64,000 nt of DNA, from the NCBI GenBank assembly GCA_020161265.1, contig JAIUOC010000003.1, positions 171,024 to 235,023 of the forward strand, read 5' to 3'. The DNA is from Chloroflexota bacterium (GTDB lineage: Bacteria > Chloroflexota > Chloroflexia > Chloroflexales > Herpetosiphonaceae). Each line of letters starts with the position of its first letter. Position 1 is the stretch's first letter. The translations under genes were made by a program, and so were the position numbers. Under the pieces are notes generated by a model that had not been told where the DNA came from, searched no databases, and worked only from the letters and a program-made list of their open reading frames with translations. Below, piece by piece: positions 18,632 through 28,972 of this stretch.

Positions 18632-20017
18632 ATGTCTGATCAATCACCACTCAGCGAGCGTGAAATCGAGGTCTTGCGCCAGCTCGCGCTGGGGGCAAGC
18701 AATAACGAAATTGCCAATACGCTGGTCATCAGCCCCAATACAGTCAAAGTGCATATTCGCAATATCTACGCCAAGCTGGGGGTGTTATCACGGGCTGAGG
18801 CGACACTTGAGGCTGTACGGCGCGGCCTGATCGAGGTTTTGAATACCCCAAATCCAGTGCCTGAGCCTGAGAGCATTCCTGAGAGCGAGCCGCTCGTCAG
18901 TATTCCAATTGATGAGCCAATCGCGCCTGAACCAATGCAGCTTCCCAGCACAACGCAGCCGATCACAACCTCAGTGCCCGATCCGATTACCCCAGTGATC
19001 ACCCAACCAACCAATCAAATTACAATTCCCCGAGCCTATGCTTTGGCGATTTTGGGTGTGCTATTTGGGCTGATTGTAGCGGTTGTGGCAATTGGCTGGT
19101 TTGTCGTGCGCGGCAACATCACGCCAACTACCCAGCCTGCGACAACGCTTGTGAGCAATGTGTGGCAACCACTGACCGCGCTGCCAGAGCCAACCTACCA
19201 ACATGCCGGGGTTTTTCTAGCCGATAGTTTGATTGTAATTGGCGGCAACACTGATACTGGCGTGGTGGCGCATACTCGTCAATTGAATTTGGCGACGGGG
19301 GCGTGGCGTGAGTTGGCGACCAAACCAACGGCGGTGGCCTCTAGTGGTGCAGTGCAGATTGCTGGCCAAATTTATGTAGCAGGTGGCCGCGATAAAAATG
19401 GTGCTGCTAGCAATATTTTAGAGATTTTTGACCTAGCCCAAAATCGTTGGCAAACAGGCCCAGCCATGCCTGCCCCACGCGCCAATGCCATGATTGCCGC
19501 GATCGATGGCAAAGTTTATGTGTTTGGCGGCGAGAACGAGGGGATCATCGCCGATACCAGCTTTATTTATAGCCCTGATACCCAAAGCTGGAGCCAAGGC
19601 CCAGCCATACCATTGGCCTTGCGTGATGCAGCTATCGCCCAAAGTGGCGGCGATGTTGTATTGATCGGCGGCCAAACCTCAACTGGCCCCAGCCTTGGAA
19701 CCTGGCGTTTGCAAACTGGCACATGGCAAAAATTAACCGATCTGCCAGCCCCACGGATTGACGCTGGCGCGGTTTATATCACCAATCAGATCTATTTGGT
19801 GGGTGGAGCTGAGGGCGACCAAGCTATTTTGGTATTGCAAAACAATATCTGGAATGCAACCGATTTGCGCACCGGCCATGCTGTCAGCGAACACCTCGTG
19901 CTTTCAAACGCTCGGGATATTTATAGCATTGGTGGCTGGAATGGCACGAATGCGCTCGCTGAAACCCGCAGTTGGACTCCGATTACCAATATCTTTTTGC
20001 CAAGTGTGGGCAAATAG
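18632..20017 (+). CDS. Membrane-tethered one-component regulator: N-terminal LuxR/GerE HTH, Pro-rich linker, TM helix, extracytoplasmic Kelch-repeat beta-propeller
   Basis: LSEREIEVLRQLALGASNNEIANTLVISPNTVKVHIRNIYAKLGV (LuxR HTH). TM segment AILGVLFGLIVAVVAIGWFVV. Four or more Kelch-like repeats (GxxYVxGG, W). The start is uncertain: an in-frame ATG at 18599 is the alternative, and 18632 has a GAGGAAT RBS. Confidence 0.7.
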   Translation: MSDQSPLSEREIEVLRQLALGASNNEIANTLVISPNTVKVHIRNIYAKLGVLSRAEATLEAVRRGLIEVLNTPNPVPEPESIPESEPLVSIPIDEPIAPEPMQLPSTTQPITTSVPDPITPVITQPTNQITIPRAYALAILGVLFGLIVAVVAIGWFVVRGNITPTTQPATTLVSNVWQPLTALPEPTYQHAGVFLADSLIVIGGNTDTGVVAHTRQLNLATGAWRELATKPTAVASSGAVQIAGQIYVAGGRDKNGAASNILEIFDLAQNRWQTGPAMPAPRANAMIAAIDGKVYVFGGENEGIIADTSFIYSPDTQSWSQGPAIPLALRDAAIAQSGGDVVLIGGQTSTGPSLGTWRLQTGTWQKLTDLPAPRIDAGAVYITNQIYLVGGAEGDQAILVLQNNIWNATDLRTGHAVSEHLVLSNARDIYSIGGWNGTNALAETRSWTPITNIFLPSVGK

Positions 20018-20752
20018 CTACATGCCAAAACTCAAACGGGCTGCCAAAATATTGGGCAAGCCATGTTCAAGCATCAAGGTTTGGGTACGCCGAATATTGT
20101 AAGTTGTGCGATGGAAGCTGACCGTTTGTTGCTCATCGTCATAAATTGCCCAACCAGAGCGAGCATCGCCATCGCGGGGTTGACCAACCCCACCAGCATT
20201 GATGATATAGCGTTTATCGGGTTGCAGCTTGAGCACCAATTGATCAGTCGGAATCGTCGCAGTGCAATGATCGCCAAGCATATCAGCAGTAAAAATTACT
20301 GGCTGATGAGTATGGCCCACAAAGCAAATCGGTGTGCTAAAATGATCAAACGAATAGGTTGCTCCCACGGTATCGAGTAAATATTCCCAAACCGGGTCGC
20401 GTGGGCTACCGTGTGCCAAGGTAACCATATCATTAACCTGTTGCATCGGGCTGAGGCTCAGCAAAAACTCGCGATGCTCCTCGGTTAATTGCAAGCCATT
20501 CCATTCGTTGGCAATCCGCGCATCACGATTAAAATTGGTCAAGGGAATAGTGCCAAGGCAACCAAGGTCGTGATTGCCGACCAACATCGCTTGCTGGCGT
20601 TCACGCATGAGCGCAACACATTCATTTGGTTGAGGCCCATAACCAACCGTATCACCCAAACACCAAACCGAATCGACCTCGCCTGCTGCTCCAAGAACAG
20701 CTTCCAGTGCGGCTAAGTTAGCATGAATATCAGCAAGAACCAGAACCCGCAT
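20018..20752 (-). CDS. Metallophosphoesterase (calcineurin-like, YfcE/MJ0936 family)
   Basis: MRVLVLADIHAN..GDTVGYGPQP..GNHD motifs (DxH, GDxxD/G, GNHD). Confidence 0.8.
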   Translation of the reverse strand: MRVLVLADIHANLAALEAVLGAAGEVDSVWCLGDTVGYGPQPNECVALMRERQQAMLVGNHDLGCLGTIPLTNFNRDARIANEWNGLQLTEEHREFLLSLSPMQQVNDMVTLAHGSPRDPVWEYLLDTVGATYSFDHFSTPICFVGHTHQPVIFTADMLGDHCTATIPTDQLVLKLQPDKRYIINAGGVGQPRDGDARSGWAIYDDEQQTVSFHRTTYNIRRTQTLMLEHGLPNILAARLSFGM

Positions 20753-20849
20753 GTGTTACCTTTCTGCAATCAAGCGCTGTTTCTGTGGCAAGGGTTGGTA
20801 GAGTATAATGGCGGTCAGAAGCCTTTGTTGAGCTTGAACGAGGAACGTC

Positions 20850-22496
20850 GTGGAACCAGTGCATCACTGCCCATATGTGGGCCTTAAACAAAATCGTGCG
20901 ATTCGTTTCGCGAGTCCTACGCCGGAGCACCGCTGCTACATGACCGGAGAGGCTCACGACATCCCAGTGCCCCAAGCCTCGTTTTGCCTAAGCAGCAACC
21001 ATGTGCGTTGCCCATTATATGCAGGTGAAGATCTGCCGATTGCGCAGGTTGTCAGCACGCCTACGCCAGTTGCGGTGGGTGGTTGGCGCGGCTGGCTGGC
21101 TGGTTTATCAACCCGCGATCGCCGCATTTATGCCACCTTGGTGGGCCTACTTGGCTTAATTATTGTGGCCTATGCGATTAGCGGCGTTGTTTTATTTAGC
21201 AACCCCGATACTCCAGCCATCCCTAGCGCTACCTCGCAAGTGCTTCAGCCAACATCCGATAGCCCAACATTAACGGTCTCACCATCGCCAAATGCCTTTG
21301 CCACAGCAGCGGTTCGTCAAACTCAAACAGCCGAAGTTATTGCTCAAACCACTACCGTTACTCCCTCGGTCTCTGCTACGCCATCGGCTTCTGCAACCAC
21401 TCAGGTGATTCTTGCATCGCCAACCTTTATTATTGTACCGCCAACTGAAGATGTGATTGTAGCCTCTGCTACTCCTAGCATTCCGTTTGCCACCGATCTG
21501 CCAACCTTCGAGCCAACCTTATCGCCAATTGCCACAACTGCCGTGCCAACCATTGAGCCAACCGTCGAACCGACAGTTGAGCCAACCGTTGAACCAACCA
21601 TTGAGCCAACCGTCGAACCGACAGTTGAGCCGACTGTCGAGCCAACGCCTGAACCGATCCCTGAGCCAACTGCTCAGCCGACGGAGGAAACTGGCGGTCG
21701 CGAGGTTAATCAATTAACCTTGTTTTTTGCCGATAGCACTGGCCAAGTGTTAGTGCCAGTCTCGCGCCAGATTGCCGCAACTCGTCAGCCACGGACTGCC
21801 GCAATCCAACAGTTAATTCAAGGTGCACGTAGCGATTTGCGTAGTTTGTTGCCCAGCGATACTCAATTACTTGGGCTACGCTTGAACAACGGTATTGCTA
21901 GCGCTAATTTTAACCGTATCCCGACGTTTGGCAATTCAAGCCTAGAAGATTTAGGCTTGCGTTCAATTGTGTTGGCCTTGACTGAGCAACCAGAGATTAC
22001 GCAGGTGCAAATTCAAGTCCAAGGCCAGAATTTGGGTGGCTTGCGCTATCGTCCCAATGTCAACCCCGATAATCCGCAGGGTTTAAGTGGTCAGTTTAAC
22101 ACAACTTCGTTCTTGCCGTTATATTTTCAGCAAAGTAGTGGCCGTTGGGTGCGGGTGATGCGGCTTGTGCCAAGCACCAAAACTGAGGCCCGTGCTACCG
22201 TTGATGAACTTATTCGCGGCGCTGGCCGCTATAGTCATGTTGTTAGTAGTGCCATTCCGAGCACCAGCCAAGTGCGACGTTTGGTGATTGTTGATGGGGT
22301 TGCCCAGCTTGATCTTAGCGCTGAATTCAGCCAAACCAGCAATCCGCGTGCGGCAGTTGATGCCTTAGTATTGGCATTAACTTCGTTCAGCAGTGTGCAA
22401 CAGGTGCAGATTACGGTCGAAGGCCAAGCGCTCAGCAATATTTGGGGCGTAACATTCAGCAATCCCTTCGTTCGCCCACAACTCAACCCTGAATAG
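20850..22496 (+). CDS. Bitopic membrane protein with Cys/His-rich cytoplasmic N-terminus, (EPTV)n linker and two GerMN-like (germane) extracytoplasmic domains
   Basis: GTG start after a GAGGAA RBS. TM segment LVGLLGLIIVAYAISGVVLF. The LTLFFADSTGQVLVPVSR and VSSAIPSTSQVRRLVIVDGVAQLDLS pattern is typical of GerMN domains. Confidence 0.55.
   Translation: MEPVHHCPYVGLKQNRAIRFASPTPEHRCYMTGEAHDIPVPQASFCLSSNHVRCPLYAGEDLPIAQVVSTPTPVAVGGWRGWLAGLSTRDRRIYATLVGLLGLIIVAYAISGVVLFSNPDTPAIPSATSQVLQPTSDSPTLTVSPSPNAFATAAVRQTQTAEVIAQTTTVTPSVSATPSASATTQVILASPTFIIVPPTEDVIVASATPSIPFATDLPTFEPTLSPIATTAVPTIEPTVEPTVEPTVEPTIEPTVEPTVEPTVEPTPEPIPEPTAQPTEETGGREVNQLTLFFADSTGQVLVPVSRQIAATRQPRTAAIQQLIQGARSDLRSLLPSDTQLLGLRLNNGIASANFNRIPTFGNSSLEDLGLRSIVLALTEQPEITQVQIQVQGQNLGGLRYRPNVNPDNPQGLSGQFNTTSFLPLYFQQSSGRWVRVMRLVPSTKTEARATVDELIRGAGRYSHVVSSAIPSTSQVRRLVIVDGVAQLDLSAEFSQTSNPRAAVDALVLALTSFSSVQQVQITVEGQALSNIWGVTFSNPFVRPQLNPE
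21543..21674 (+). repeat. Intragenic 12-bp tandem repeat (gagccaaccgtc/gaaccgacagtt) x about 10, encoding (EPTV)n
   Basis: Direct reading of 21543-21674; explains the overlapping spurious ORFs at 21401-21717 in other frames. Confidence 0.85.
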
Positions 22497-22503
22497 GATT
22501 AAT

Positions 22504-22683
22504 TGGGGATCGGTTGTTGGGGGTTGGGGATCGGGAGAAGGATGAAGGATGAGGGATGAGGGATGAAATTTAACCACAAGGAATCCCAAGTACACGAATT
22601 AAAATCGTTGAATGTTTGAATTGCCACTAAAATCGAATAGAACGATCAATCCCCACTTCGTGTTCTTCGTGCTCTTCGTGGTT
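22504..22683. repeat. Mosaic intergenic repeat instance (gggatcgg, degenerate (a/g)ggatga x4, gggatgaaatttaac junction, cttcgtg x3)
   Basis: The junction gggatgaaatttaac is shared with 28770-28784. The triplet ccacttcgtgttcttcgtgctcttcgtgg is at 22655-22682. Confidence 0.75.
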
Positions 22684-22720
22684 AAAACATTCGTTTAGTT
22701 TAGCTAGATTGAGAATTTCC

Positions 22721-24841
22721 ATGGATTATGCCTATTTAATTGCCAAAAGCTTGACGGTGCGTGCCGAGCAAGTTACCGCTGCGATTCAATTATTCGATGC
22801 AGGCAATACTTTGCCGTTCGTCGCCCGCTATCGCAAAGAGCAAACTGGTGGCTTGGATGAGGAACAATTACGCAGCATCCAAAGCCAAATTGCCCGTTTA
22901 CGCGAGCTTGATGAACGGCGCGAGGCAATTTTGAGTGCTCTGCGCGAGCAAGGCAATTTGAGCGATGAATTAGCTCAAGCCTTGGCCGCCGCTACTGATA
23001 AAACCACCCTCGAAGATTTGTATGCGCCTTTCAAGCCCAAACGGCGTACCCGCGCCAGCATTGCCCGCGAACGTGGCCTCGAAGGCTTGGCTGACATTAT
23101 CCAAATGCAGCCGAATGACCCGATTGATGCCACCGCTCGCCAGTTTCTCAACGAACAGGTTACCAGCATTGAAGAGGCCTTGGCGGGAGCACGCGATATT
23201 GTGGCCGAGCAGATCAGCGATCATCCTGAGGTGCGCCGTCAAACTCGCGAACGGGCTTTGCGTTGGGGCGTAGTTCGCAGCGAGTTAATCGCCGATGCCG
23301 AGGATAGCAAGGGCGTATATCAAACCTACTATCAATTTGAGAGCACGGCCAGCCGCCTCAAGCCCTACCAAGTGCTTGCGCTCAATCGCGGCGAAACCGA
23401 ACATATTTTGCGCTTCAAAATTCAGATGGATCAACGTGATTGGTTTGATGTAGTTGCCAAATATTTTCCGCTTGATCAGCGTTCAGCCTGGGCCGAGCAA
23501 CTGCGTTTGGCAATTCACGATGGTGCTGAGCGTTTGCTCTTGCCAGCCATCGAGCGCGATGTGCGCCGCGCCCTGACTGAGCAAGCCGAAAGCCATGCGA
23601 TCACCGTCTTTGCCAAGAATGTGCATTCGTTGTTGTTGCAAGCACCAATCGCCAACAATGTGGTGCTCGGGCTTGATCCAGGCTACCGCACTGGTTGCAA
23701 AGTAGCGATTATCGGCCAAACTGGCAATGTGCTCACGACTGCCACAATTTATCCCCATAGCGGCGCGGCAGCGCGTGAACGGGCTTTTCAAGAATTGCAA
23801 ACGTTGATCAAACGCTATACCGTTAGTTTGATTGCGATTGGCAATGGCACAGCCTCGCGCGAAACTGAGCAATTAGTCGCCGATGTGATTCGCCACCAAA
23901 CTGGCTTGCACTATTTGATTGTCAGCGAAGCTGGAGCCAGTGTTTATAGCGCCAGCAGCCTTGCCCGTAGCGAATTGCCTGATCTCGATGTCAGCTTGCG
24001 CGGCGCGGTTTCGATTGCGCGGCGGGTGCAAGACCCTTTGGCCGAGTTGGTCAAAATCGAGCCAAAAGCAATTGGCGTGGGCATGTATCAACATGATGTT
24101 GATCAATCGGCCTTGGGCAATGCGCTTGATGGGGTGGTTGAGAGCGCAGTTAATAATGTTGGGGTTGATGTCAACACCGCCTCGCCTGCACTTTTACGCT
24201 ATGTTGCGGGGATTGGCCCCAAACTTTCGGCTCAAATTGTCAGCCATCGCGAGGAAAATGGCCCATTTCGTTCACGCCAAGCACTCAAAAAGGTCAAAGG
24301 GCTTGGGCCAAAAGCCTTTGAACAAGCCGCTGGATTTTTGCGGATTCGCGATGGCGATGAAGCTTTGGATGCCAGTGCGATTCACCCCGAAAGTTATACG
24401 GTTACCCGTAATTTGCTGGCCAAGCTGAATATTAACGCCAAAACAGGCCGCAACGAACGGATCAAACGCTTGGAAGATTTGAAAAATCAGCCATTGCATA
24501 GCCTTGCGGCGGAATTGGGCACAGGCGTACCAACCCTGAGCGATATTATTGATCAACTGCTACGGCCAGGCCGCGACCCACGCGAGGATGTGCCAGCACC
24601 AATTTTGCGCAGCGATGTGCTGGCGTTTGAAGATTTGCAGCCAGGCATGCAGCTCAAAGGCACGGTGCGCAATGTCGTCGATTGGGGCGCATTTATCGAT
24701 TTGGGGGTTAAGCACGATGGCTTATTGCACCGTTCGCAAATTCCCCGTGGCCTGAGTCTGAGTGTTGGCGATATTGTTGATGTTAGCATTCAATCAATCG
24801 ACCCAGATCGCAAACGGATTGCCTTAGTTTTAGCGCAATAA
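22721..24841 (+). CDS. tex: Transcription accessory protein Tex (YqgF/HhH/S1 domains)
   Basis: N-terminus RAEQVTAAIQLFDAGNTLPFVARYRKEQTGGLDEEQL matches the conserved Tex start. The C-terminal S1 domain is GMQLKGTVRNVVDWGAFIDLGVKHDGLLH. Confidence 0.9.
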   Translation: MDYAYLIAKSLTVRAEQVTAAIQLFDAGNTLPFVARYRKEQTGGLDEEQLRSIQSQIARLRELDERREAILSALREQGNLSDELAQALAAATDKTTLEDLYAPFKPKRRTRASIARERGLEGLADIIQMQPNDPIDATARQFLNEQVTSIEEALAGARDIVAEQISDHPEVRRQTRERALRWGVVRSELIADAEDSKGVYQTYYQFESTASRLKPYQVLALNRGETEHILRFKIQMDQRDWFDVVAKYFPLDQRSAWAEQLRLAIHDGAERLLLPAIERDVRRALTEQAESHAITVFAKNVHSLLLQAPIANNVVLGLDPGYRTGCKVAIIGQTGNVLTTATIYPHSGAAARERAFQELQTLIKRYTVSLIAIGNGTASRETEQLVADVIRHQTGLHYLIVSEAGASVYSASSLARSELPDLDVSLRGAVSIARRVQDPLAELVKIEPKAIGVGMYQHDVDQSALGNALDGVVESAVNNVGVDVNTASPALLRYVAGIGPKLSAQIVSHREENGPFRSRQALKKVKGLGPKAFEQAAGFLRIRDGDEALDASAIHPESYTVTRNLLAKLNINAKTGRNERIKRLEDLKNQPLHSLAAELGTGVPTLSDIIDQLLRPGRDPREDVPAPILRSDVLAFEDLQPGMQLKGTVRNVVDWGAFIDLGVKHDGLLHRSQIPRGLSLSVGDIVDVSIQSIDPDRKRIALVLAQ

Positions 24842-24924
24842 GCCTCAGCCTGCGGTACAATAGACGGCGGCGCTGGCTTGATCTAGCGCCTTAAGATTTG
24901 CTTTATCAACAAAAGAGGTAGCTT

Positions 24925-25902
24925 GTGAGCACGACTCCTATTAGCGATTTTTTGCGCCATAACTTTCGCCACTTCAACGCGGCAGCCATGATCGATGCCA
25001 GCGATGCCTATGTGCGCCACCTTGAAAACAACGGCAAAATGATGATTACCCTTGCTGGCGCGATGAGCACCGCCGAATTGGGAATCTCGTTGGCCGAAAT
25101 GATTCGCCAAGATAAAGTGCAAATTATTTCGTGTACCGGAGCCAACCTCGAAGAAGATTTATTCAACTTAGTGGCTCACGATTACTACGAACGGGTGCCG
25201 CATTATCGCGATTTAACGCCCGATGATGAAGCTGCACTGTTGGCTCGCCATATGAATCGGGTCACCGACACCTGTATTCCCGAAGAAGAAGCCATGCGCC
25301 GCTTGGAACGCGCCTTGGTCGATGAATGGACAGCGGCTGATGCAGCAGGCGAGCGCTATTTCCCCCACGAATTTCTCTATCGAATTTTGCGCAAAGGCGT
25401 TTTAGAAGAATATTTCCAAATCGATATTAAAGATTCGTGGATGTACGCCGCGATGGAGAAAAACCTGCCAATCATCGTGCCAGGCTGGGAAGATTCAACG
25501 ACTGGCAATATGTATGCAGCTCACTGTATCCAAGGCGAAATCAAGAATATTCACACTGTGCGGACTGGGATCGAATATATGGCCTATTTGGCCGAATGGT
25601 ATATCGAAATCAGCAAAACTCATTCAATTGGCTTCTATCAAATTGGCGGCGGCATTGCTGGCGACTTCCCAATTTGTGTTGTGCCAATGTTGCACCAAGA
25701 TATGCAAATGGGCAACGTGCCAGTGTGGGGCTATTTTTGCCAAATCAGTGACTCAACGACCAGCTACGGCTCTTATTCAGGCGCAGTGCCCAACGAAAAA
25801 ATCACCTGGGGCAAATTAGAACCAACCACGCCTAAATTTATTGTCGAATCCGATGCTTCAATTGTTGCACCATTGATGTTTGCTTTGATTTTGGGGCAAT
25901 AA
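24925..25902 (+). CDS. Deoxyhypusine synthase-like protein (DHS family, bacterial short form)
   Basis: FLRHNFRHFNA...AGAMSTAELG...ISCTGANLEEDLFNL pattern, recalled as characteristic of DHS-like proteins. GTG start with an upstream agagg. Confidence 0.5.
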   Translation: MSTTPISDFLRHNFRHFNAAAMIDASDAYVRHLENNGKMMITLAGAMSTAELGISLAEMIRQDKVQIISCTGANLEEDLFNLVAHDYYERVPHYRDLTPDDEAALLARHMNRVTDTCIPEEEAMRRLERALVDEWTAADAAGERYFPHEFLYRILRKGVLEEYFQIDIKDSWMYAAMEKNLPIIVPGWEDSTTGNMYAAHCIQGEIKNIHTVRTGIEYMAYLAEWYIEISKTHSIGFYQIGGGIAGDFPICVVPMLHQDMQMGNVPVWGYFCQISDSTTSYGSYSGAVPNEKITWGKLEPTTPKFIVESDASIVAPLMFALILGQ

Positions 25903-25904
25903 AC

Positions 25905-26117
25905 AGAACATAGAGCATAGAGCATAGAACATACATTATTAACCGCGAAGAGGATATGGCTATAGGCTATGGGCTATTGGAAGATTGGTTGAAATTGCAA
26001 ATGATCCGATAGCCTATAGCCAACGTGCTCTGATCCTCTGTGTTAATGATGATCTCTGACCCCTGACCCTTAGCCCCTAACCTTACCTTCGTGCCTCTTT
26101 GTGCCCTTGGTGGATCA
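25905..26117. repeat. Mosaic intergenic repeat instance (catagag/catagaa run, gctataggc, ccgatagcc, ctgacccctga, cttcgtg-type triplet)
   Basis: acagaacatagagcatagagcatagaacata ... ctctgacccctgacccttagcccctaacc ... ccttcgtgcctctttgtgcccttggtgg. Confidence 0.75.
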
Positions 26118-26184
26118 AATTTGGCTCCTCACCCTAAATCCCCCTCATTAGTAGCCTAAAATTCCTACTCATATATACATAGCC

Positions 26185-26478
26185 ATGGATCGATATTTGC
26201 TTGCTTTGATCGAGGTGATAGCGATCGTTGGCAAGCTAACCATTATGCTTGGGGGCAAATCGTCGCTAGCGTGTTGGCAATCTCATACCGAAAGCTCTCA
26301 CCGTTGCCAACATTGTGCCAAGTGCCTGCAATGTGCGAGGCAGTGGTTGATCTGCCCCAAGAAAATAATTGGGAAAGTGCGGCATAGATTTATCCTTGGA
26401 ATGGTTGACGTTAGCCTAGACCAACCAGTAACTACTGTTAGCGCAATGTTAAAAAGTAGCATAAAGCATATTTTCTAG
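26185..26478 (+). CDS. Hypothetical Cys/His-rich small protein in a low-GC islet
   Basis: 97-aa ORF with no convincing RBS. It lies in an AT-richer segment and is kept as a low-confidence call. Confidence 0.25.
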   Translation: MDRYLLALIEVIAIVGKLTIMLGGKSSLACWQSHTESSHRCQHCAKCLQCARQWLICPKKIIGKVRHRFILGMVDVSLDQPVTTVSAMLKSSIKHIF

Positions 26479-26649
26479 GAACGTTGGCCATTATCAAAAC
26501 GTTCTACTTACAACGAAAGCACATTGGGTAAATTAGTTGGTTAACTTGAAATTGTACTCTAAAACCATAGTCCTTCTGGTTGAGAAAACGTTTCCAACCA
26601 TCAGGGGAGTAAAGGTGAATAGCACTCACGAAAGGGTAGTAGTAAACAA

Positions 26650-26874
26650 ATGAGCATGGTAATTGAAACTCAAACATATACAATCAAAATTTCGCCTAAT
26701 ACCGATGAGCATAGCATCTCGATTGTGCGCTCGGATGGAATTGAGGCTACCTGTTATCAACTAAACGAGGTTATTACGGTTGTCGAAGTGCTGGGTGGGC
26801 GTGGCTGGTGGCAGCAACATCAAACCCAAGTTCGTAGCCTCCTCGAAGCATGTTTTGGGGAAACAGTCTGTTAA
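26650..26874 (+). CDS. Hypothetical small protein (74 aa)
   Basis: The ORF is followed 20 bp later by a strong plus-strand rho-independent terminator, which argues for real transcription in this orientation. Confidence 0.4.
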   Translation: MSMVIETQTYTIKISPNTDEHSISIVRSDGIEATCYQLNEVITVVEVLGGRGWWQQHQTQVRSLLEACFGETVC

Positions 26875-26893
26875 ACCCCAACCAATAGATCAA

Positions 26894-26927
26894 CAGGGCG
26901 GATGTTGCATCCGCCCTGTTTTTGTTT
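26894..26927 (+). terminator. Rho-independent terminator (cagggcggatg-ttgc-atccgccctg, then TTTTTGTTT)
   Basis: A perfect 10-11 bp GC-rich stem followed by a T-tract on the plus strand only. Confidence 0.75.
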
Positions 26928-26929
26928 AA

Positions 26930-28558
<1,629 letters not shown>

Positions 28559-28622
28559 TGCAATGCCTCCTTGCACTCCAAAACGGGGGCTGGCTCTCAG
28601 CTATCGATTTGCGCCATCATAC

Positions 28623-28950
28623 CATAGAGCATAGAACATAGAGCATAGAACATATAAGGGATGAGGGATGAGGGATGAGGGATGAGGGATGAGGGATGAG
28701 GGATGAGGGATGAGGGATGAGGGATGAGGGATGAGGGATGAGGGATGAGGGATGAGGGATGAGGGATGAGGGATGAAATTTAACGCGGCGGAGCAAAGGG
28801 TGAGGCTATAGGCTAGCGGAGCGTGGTTAAAATCCTAACATTGGTTCCGCTAGCCAAACGTCAATAGCCAAGAGCCTCAGCTTCGTGAGCTTCGTGCCCT
28901 TCGTGGATCAAAAACAACATTCCAATAGCCCATAGCCCATAGCCTATTGC
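28623..28950. repeat. Mosaic intergenic repeat instance, most complete copy (catagag run, (gggatga)17, aaatttaac junction, gctataggc, ccgctagcc, cttcgtg x3, ccaatagcccatagcccatagcc)
   Basis: Direct reading. All modules also occur at the other listed instances, in varying order and orientation. Confidence 0.85.
28658..28776. repeat. Perfect heptanucleotide microsatellite (gggatga) x17
   Basis: 119 bp of uninterrupted gggatga units, counted from the sequence. Confidence 0.95.
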
Positions 28951-28972
28951 TACTGAACCTAGCTTAATCGCG

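Noticed and set aside
21401-21717. Several short ORFs in other frames across the (EPTV)n region
   Set aside because: They are generated by the 12-bp tandem repeat, and the sense frame belongs to the GerMN membrane protein.
22709-22720. TTG-initiated 4-codon extension of tex (MRIS)
   Set aside because: The ATG at 22721 aligns with the conserved Tex N-terminus, and the ORF track translates alternative starts as M.
28658-28776. Possible CRISPR array
   Set aside because: The repeat units are 7 bp and directly abutting with no spacers, and there are no cas genes. It is a microsatellite, not CRISPR.
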